Shown: positions 56,920 to 64,000 of the stretch, piece by piece
How positions within the stretch are numbered: position 1 is the first letter of the stretch
Layout of the letters: each line of letters begins with the position of its first letter
Source: Takakia lepidozioides
Lineage: Eukaryota; Plantae; Bryophyta
Reading direction: 5' to 3'
Length of the DNA stretch: 64,000 nt
Assembly (NCBI GenBank): GCA_030704615.1
Contig: CM060731.1
Coordinates: 74,958,001 to 75,022,000, forward strand
Position numbers and translations under genes: made by a program
The notes under the pieces: model-generated
What the model was told of the DNA's origin: nothing
The model's input: only the letters and a program-made list of their open reading frames with translations
The model's database searches: none

Positions 56920-57490
56920 AAACCACTTCAAATTTTTCATGTATCACCCAAAAAGTGGTACCAATCACTGTTGTACCAAAGTGGTACCAACCACTCATGA
57001 GTAACCACTAGAATAGTGCTTCCAATTACTGCAGTATCTTTCACCACCCACTCTCTACCACTGTCAAAGTGGTACAAATCAATGAGGTGTCTTTAACCAC
57101 TCAAGATCAACGTGCACTGTCCCCGTCCACGGGGAATATTATATTAATTAATTAAAATATATTTCCAAATCATAAATCACAAATAAAATTTGAATTGTTA
57201 CACGTGGAGTAGCAAGTGGTTTCAACCACTTCCCATCACTGAGGTGTCTATAACCACTCACAATGTTGGCACTGCAGTCGTCCACATGGAATATTATATT
57301 ATATTAATTAAAATATATTACCAAATAAATAATAATACATAAAAAAATAATATTACACGTGGACTACTGAGTGGTTGAAACCACTTCCAACCACTGTCTG
57401 TGATGCACCGTGACATTTCATTGGGATTAACCACTGGCAAGTGATTACTAGTGGTTTATAGAGTGGAAAAAGACAGTAGTGGTTAAAGGG
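56920..57490. repeat. CACTA-type AACCACT/AGTGGTT motif array
   Basis: Many copies in both orientations plus a duplication of about 180 bp. Confidence 0.75.
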
Positions 57491-57495
57491 CCAGT

Positions 57496-60400
57496 TGTTA
57501 TTCCGCCCAAGTCAGTCTCTCCTGCTTAGAGCGATCCAACATTCAACCTCAATGGTCAGTCCATCGGGTGAATGATATATATATATACGACACCAACCGA
57601 AGCTAGCGTAAATAAGAGCTTCTTCCCCTTGCGGGTACTGCCCCCTTTCAATGGTGGGCTCTACCCGCACCGTAACCTGTCACACAGTGGCTAGTTGGCC
57701 ACTTTCAATCTTACGTTTATTGAGGATTAGGGATGTGGGTGATGTAATAGCTGTGAAGTGTAAGGCTCGTAGTAGAGGTGTAGTATATTTGGGTGGTAGG
57801 TTGAGATTATCTTTCAAACCTTGGATATTATGGGTATGAGCACCGCCCCTGACACCTGCAGTAATGACGGTCAGAGGTGTCGTGTTCCAGCCTCGCTTGA
57901 CGGAGGGCATGTATGATTGGATCATATTTTTCGTGTTTGTACATAATTGATCGATCTGGATTTCGATCATGGCAGAATGTAAATTCCAAAAACTGTATTT
58001 TGAGAGATGGAAGGGGTTCCGTCGGTGGCAATGCCAGTACTGGACTAGCAAAATATCTGGGCATAGCCTTGCCAGGCAAATGCACGGGTGCCCTTGGGAG
58101 CATACACAAGGTAGTAGCCATGGGGGTATAGTATGGTCCGGTGGGCGACCTTGGAACGTGCCTGCATTGATGAGGTTAATCCATCTGGATTTCGGATGTG
58201 AAGTGAGAATTTTGAGGAGTTGTCTAACCCCTTGGTTATGTCTAGTTACCCGCAACCCATGAATTATGGGATGATTGCAGTGGAGAAGTAAGTGTGGCCA
58301 TGTGTCTATTTGGGGATTTTGGGATGAACATAACATGCAGTGTTTATTAGGGTATAATAATGGCCAGAACAAGTTCCGTCGTTGATTGCCCATATATTGA
58401 CCATACCGAAATTTCAGAGTTTGTTTGATTTGTGCATCAGTAACCCTGGGGGATGTCCAAAAATGATTGGACATACTATGTAGAAGGTGCGGGGATGAGA
58501 CCTACTTAGATATGTAGGAATTCCTATAGGTACGAGATTCTTGTATGAGTAGTTTGGTCTCGCCTTTAATGTGTGTGTGCAGGTTCCGTATAGGTGCTAT
58601 GGTCGGGAATCTAGCCCTTGTTGATATGAGCCAGAACGGGTATGTGTGCGACCGGTGGATAGAGCTGGTCGAAGGGTTGGTGATTGGCTGAATGGCACCA
58701 AGTTGAGCCTGCAATGTCATTGCCTATTATATCTCTGTGAGATCGGGTGAATGATAACAAATCAAACCTCTAGGTAATTCCCGAGATCTAATAAAACAAT
58801 GGCCGTTCTTTGGCCCAAGGGCCCCCAGCGGCCGGGTACTTGACTTCAAATATCCTCGGCGGAAGGGGCGATACCGCCCTTAAAACTTCCGTTTTTAAGT
58901 TAAGGGGTCCGGATAAAATCCCTTAATAAAGGCGAATTAACCTGCTAAATAATAAAGAATAAATCATTAAAATATTCCTAGAATTGCATGAAATTCGTAG
59001 AAATAGAGAATCATCGTAGGATGCTGGAGCTAACTAAATTACCCTCAAGGTACCAAAGGAACGTCCTGGGAACGCCCTTTATGCCGGGAGCATTGGGGAA
59101 CCGCTCTCCACTTGGGAACGCCCCTAAATTCCTATACCAAACCACTCAAGAACGCATTAACAACTTAACCCATCACCGGGCCAGGATGAATGAAATCTGC
59201 CGCCCATCAGTTTCTCATCTGCCCACCCTGGTGTGTAAACAATGATTAAACATTCAATGGGTCCCAAGGTCCATTCCATGCGCCTCTTTCACCTACTTCC
59301 AATATAATCTGATTAATTTATGCAGACAACCAGCCTAGAACGAAGTTGAAACATGTCATCTTCTACCTTGTGAAACCCCACCAGAGATTCTCTCCTCCCT
59401 GTCTCTGGGCTCTCTCTCTCTGCCTGTGGCATCTATCCGTGAGCCGTGCTTTCACAAGCCCCAGAATACATATCAAATTGATGGCCTCACTGGGGCCTAT
59501 CCAATGGTTCCAACCATTTTTAACCTTTGCTAAAACACGCCCTCATTCCCATGCAAGAAGAATACCATGAATAGTGCACAAGAAATCAAAGGCATAGGGA
59601 GAAAACTCCCCTTCAAATACCCGTCCTAGGGACCAACAGTCCCTGGCGGGGTCCGTCGTAATATCCAACGGTTAAAACCGATATCCCGCGGCCAGCGCTA
59701 CGTGGGGCGGCGTGGCTGGCCCGCCGTCGGCGCGGGTCCAGCGGGTAATAGGCAGGCTCCATTGTCTCTGCCACTTATGTCGTACCTGCGCGGGCCCAGC
59801 TATGGCGCCTAGTGCTGCCATGCAGTGTACCAGCGACCCGTACTTTGCTCCAGGGGTCAACTCCCCCCACGGGGGAAGGCCGCGCCACCCGTGTTAGATG
59901 CGCCTCTCCATGGCGATTCTAGGCAACCTCCTTGGTTGACCTCCAACCCCAAGGCACCTAAGGCGCCGGCACTTAAGTGTTGGGCTCTGCCTTTTTGGCA
60001 GCCCTCTACAAAATAGCTTGACCACTTATAAAGCTAGTTAGCAATGCCTCCCATGGTCCTCTATCGCCAGGGGGCTTAGGAATCATAGATATGAACTTAA
60101 TAATATGGAAATTTTGGCGATAGCTTCGCCGTCTCATGCAATATGGCCATCGCCACTAAGCTAGAAAAGAAAATTTGACAAGAGCTTCGTCACTTCATGC
60201 AAGCTCGCCCTCTCCTTAAACATAATAATGGACATTACCCTCACTTCCATGACGTAATTGGGTTAGATTCCTAAGGCCCTGTCTCCTGGGGCTTCACACA
60301 TGTGCTCTTCACACATGTACATAGAGATGCACACATATCCTCTTTGAAAGAGGGTTAGTTTTTATAGATTTTTAGCAAACAATACTCATAAGGTCCCTTC

Positions 60401-61221
60401 TTGGACAAAGCTTGAACAACAAATGAAATGAATGAATTCAAAGGTCAAGAATGTATGGTAAGTCACCCTCTGAAACAAGTGGTGCTTGGGATGTACTAAA
60501 TCACTCGGTAGAATGGTACTCAAGCCTGGTCCTCCTCCGGCACTCCTACTCGTCCTCAACTCTCCTACTTCATGGAGCGTTTCCTCTACTTCTTGCCTCA
60601 AATGGCCACAAGGCCTTGAGCTAGGACTATCCTGCTCTCAATATGCTTGCTTCTAATACTAGAGAGCCACAAGCTCAACTCTCTAGGAATTAGTTCCCTC
60701 AAGCTCAAAACTAACTACACAAGCAAGAGGCCAAAACAAGGAAATGAGACTAGATTGAAGAACAAGAGGAGCTTGCTCTTCTTTTATTGTGTTTTTGGGG
60801 CCTCTTAAACTAGTGAAGGATAGTCTTAAACTATTATTTCATACATGAGTCTATAATTTAAAAACGATAGAACACCATAAAATAATAACCATGGATGGAA
60901 AACCTTGGTGTTAATGATAAATCTGGTTTTTCATCCATCTAATGGATGACCAGTTGGCGCTAGGATGTCTTCTCATCCATCCAGCTTGCAGGTCGAATTT
61001 CCAATTTTTATCCATTGGATGAACTAGAATTCCATTTAATCGCCTTTCGCAACTACCTCCGGCGTGATAATTTGATGTCGTCTCTCATCACCTCAAAAAA
61101 TCCTCAAACTTGGTGACAAATTATAAAATTAGATGCCTTGTAGCTGCTCGTAAAATCTCAAGGGAATCAGGGAAGAAAAGCCACATCTTTGGTTGGTTTC
61201 CATGGTTCCAACCCAATAACA
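57496..61221. mobile_element. Possible long solo LTR, interrupted by the LINE
   Basis: Inverted termini TGTTATT..AATAACA and noncoding interior; flanking 5-mers do not match. Confidence 0.35.
57578..58741 (-). mobile_element. 5'-truncated RNase H/RLE LINE (Dualen-like) with (TA)n tail and 15-bp TSD
   Basis: TSD ATCGGGTGAATGATA at 57563-57577 and 58742-58756; CMLC..HLLLHC, RHN, PDIL, FLEFTFCHD, KHEKY. Confidence 0.9.
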
Positions 61222-61859
61222 GAATTGATTGTCTGGAAGCCATATATTACCACCATAACACATCATCATGACAGACTATTACTATCATTGCCCAGATAGT
61301 GAGGTATTGGGATATTGCATCACCACCATACTGAATTCCGCGGAAACCACCAACCTAATCATCATAATGGTCAGAAACTAGGGAGAATAGAGAGATCGCA
61401 ATCCGGGACTGGAACAGTCGTCATGTATTGTTTCGAACAGGTGCATGTTGTCGTTACTGGTACCGAATTGGCAACCTAACTCGCTGTCGATGCAGCTCCT
61501 TACAATCATTTGACGCCAGAGCTCCTCCATGGTCGTCTCAGACATAATCTAATTCCTACGTGCTTTACCAGCGATTCCCAGATAACTCGCAAACTGCCCT
61601 GCTTTAGCAATACAATGCCTAAACTGTCTGCCTTAAGATAAAAAACGATCTGAAAAGAAATATGTATCAAAAGAAAGAGATACCTCCTCCCAGACTTTAT
61701 CTTGTTTCATTTTCTTGGGCAAACTGTCCGTCATCTGTTATTCTCATGTATGTTTTATTTAATGGTGTGCATGGCACCAATACAGCCATGAATGCATTAT
61801 GAACATGTTGGTAAGTACTCATGTACTGTACCATGTTGTTTCTGGCATGTAAATAGGGG

Positions 61860-62713
61860 AGAAAAGCTGAGACGCCTGCCCCAGCCGTCCTGAAGGGAGC
61901 TGGAAAGAAACAAACACGAAAAGCTGAACATGTGACCAGAGCCACTGCAGCCAAAGACAGTTTCAAAATGGCTGATGCAATTGGCGACATAACACCAGCA
62001 TCTAGCGGGAGTAAGGATCAGGTGGGCCTTGAGGAGGCACCTGGTCCTACTGTAATCCCTGTACTAGAGGTGAGCACCTATAAGGTTTCCCTGTTGGCTA
62101 TGTTTGTTGTACAATGTGGTCATTTAGCCATGTTGGGTACATGGCTGTGATATTTACAGGACTTTAGAGTTCTAAGGGGTGTTGGGGGGTGATGTTTGCA
62201 GGCTGAGAAAGCTGCTCTTCATACTTCCACATGCATTGCACCAATTGCGCCTGCATCAAAGCCAACCCCCATAATTCAACCCCCTGCCACTCTCACAGAT
62301 CCACTTATGCTATCAAAAGTACTGGACTCTTTCAGTTTTTAATTGTAGTTGACGTTCCTCATTCTCTAGCTTTCAATACCATCAGTACATGTATGTCTTC
62401 ATGGGTTTTTTCGTATGCATTTTGTGGTGGGTGTTGGGTGCAGTTTAAGACGAAGGACAATGTCCACTTGTATGATCTTTTATCATCACGACATAGGGTC
62501 GGCACTGGAGTTGTCATTGGTGTGTCTGACAAAGACACATATCACTGTCGAGTTATTCCTGAAGGCATGTACCGTGTTGAGGTCCAGTACGTCCATGTTT
62601 CACATTGTGTGTTGCCTCATCCTAATGAGGAAGATGACCCACCGCAAACCGAGTTGGACCACGTCCTTGGTAGGAACACCCTTTGGCCAGAGAAGAACCT
62701 GAGGAGGGGTTAG
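61860..62713 (+). mobile_element. CACTA second-ORF (TnpA-like) C-terminal exons
   Basis: VGTGVV..YHCRVIPEGMYRVEV..LPHPNEEDDPPQTEL..LWP after a CAG acceptor. Confidence 0.7.
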
Positions 62714-63049
62714 AAGTATGGTTCGCCCGGGCATAAACATTGCTGGCAGTGAGGAAAAGGTAGGAAAGTAGTTCATGGCTTTAGCATGCTTGCGGAGACG
62801 TAGTGTAGATGTAGTATGTCACCCTTTATCATGGTTGGATTCTGTTGACTCTGTTCCAGCACTTTCTCTCTTGGATTCTATTGTGTTTTTTGAATGGTGA
62901 ATCTTCAAGAGTATTTGGGTATGCATATTCGCTTGGAATGTATGGGAAATGTATGAAAATGTATGAATCACTTGCACAACACTCTGTTAGTGGTATATGT
63001 GAGACTGTCACAGTAGGCAAGAGTGGTTGTACGCCTCCAGATGCAGCCC

Positions 63050-63915
63050 TAACCACTAACATACCACTTTGGCAGTAATAATTTCAATATATGGTCCCTT
63101 ACGAACACAGTGAGTGGTTTTAGCACACAACCTAACCACTACATCAATACTGGTACAACCACTCAGTCCGTGGTTTTAGCACACAAAGTAACGACTACTG
63201 CAATAATGCTACAACCACTCAGTAGGTGGTCTTAGCACACAACCTAACCACTACCTCAATACTGTTAGAACCACTCAGAAAGTGGTTTTACCACACATCC
63301 TAACCACTATTGCAATACTGGTAGAACCACTCAATAAGTGATAATATATATTGTTTATTCTCGTTTCTTGACTATTATTGTTATTCAATGCTCACTCACA
63401 GAGTTGTTTGTGTAGTCATTGCATTTTTCAGCGCATCCCTAAAATAGGGCACGTGCTAATTTGCAATATCACCACGTGTTCAGATCGTGGTCAACATAAC
63501 CGTGCAACCGGATTTGTCCACGCGTCCATATGTATACGGACACGTATCCGTCCATTCCTAAGTATGATCGACGGAGTTGATGCGTCCCACGTCGCATACG
63601 GTGGAAGTGGTTGGAATCACTATGTTCTGAAGTGGTTAGTTTGCCACTGTGACACGTCAGACGTGATTTGGCTTACCACTATGACACGTCATAAGTGGTT
63701 ATTTTACCACTGTGACACGTAAGCGAACAGCTAAACTCGGAGGCCAGTGATCGTAACCACTGTCTTTAACCACTTCGGACACGTCATGTCTTTAACCACT
63801 GATGAGTCAAGATCCACTGGTTCTAGACCACTCTGGGGGCCAGAGTGGTTGGGTGTCTTTTCCCACTCAAAATGAGTGGTTGCCAAAGTGGTTATTCCAC
63901 GTTTTTCCTCTAGTG
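63050..63915 (+). mobile_element. CACTA right terminus: subterminal repeats and TIR
   Basis: Units of about 60 bp with AACCACT; terminal GTTTTTCCTCTAGTG (reverse complement CACTAGAGGAAAAAC) ending at 63915. Confidence 0.85.
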
Positions 63916-64000
63916 GACAGACTTAATGGACGGTGCCTCTGCCGGGGTTGGTAGCTGTAAGAACCTTTTTTTAACGAGCATCTGTAGCTGCCGGTCAGCT

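Overview
Eukaryotic nuclear DNA from a land plant that retains flagellar genes, most likely a bryophyte or lycophyte (inference from ZMYND12, a PLS-DYW PPR and GH9C). All coordinates and translations were done by hand. The window has three zones. (1) About 1-22.5 kb is a scrambled patchwork of short Copia, Athila-like Gypsy, LINE, piggyBac and Ulp1 fragments in alternating orientation, mixed with orphan host exons (IQ-repeat, RLK transmembrane, RLCK kinase). (2) About 23-46.3 kb holds three spliced minus-strand genes with GT-AG introns: a ZMYND12/p38 dynein-associated homolog, a GH9C endoglucanase with CBM49, and ESCRT-II VPS22/SNF8. (3) About 47-64 kb holds a PLS-E-DYW PPR pseudogene, a CRE-like RLE LINE, a deleted piggyBac transposase and a CACTA element carrying nested insertions. 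The most notable observations are: a LINE family with RNase H plus a restriction-like endonuclease (Dualen/RandI-like) with clean 12- and 15-bp TSDs and (TA)n tails; F-box-like coding motifs repeated in Athila-type LTR sequence; a 1.24-kb LINE/piggyBac junction copied 44 kb away; elements with GTATAGGG/CCCTATAC ends and subterminal inverted repeats; and several hairpin-forming inverted repeats.
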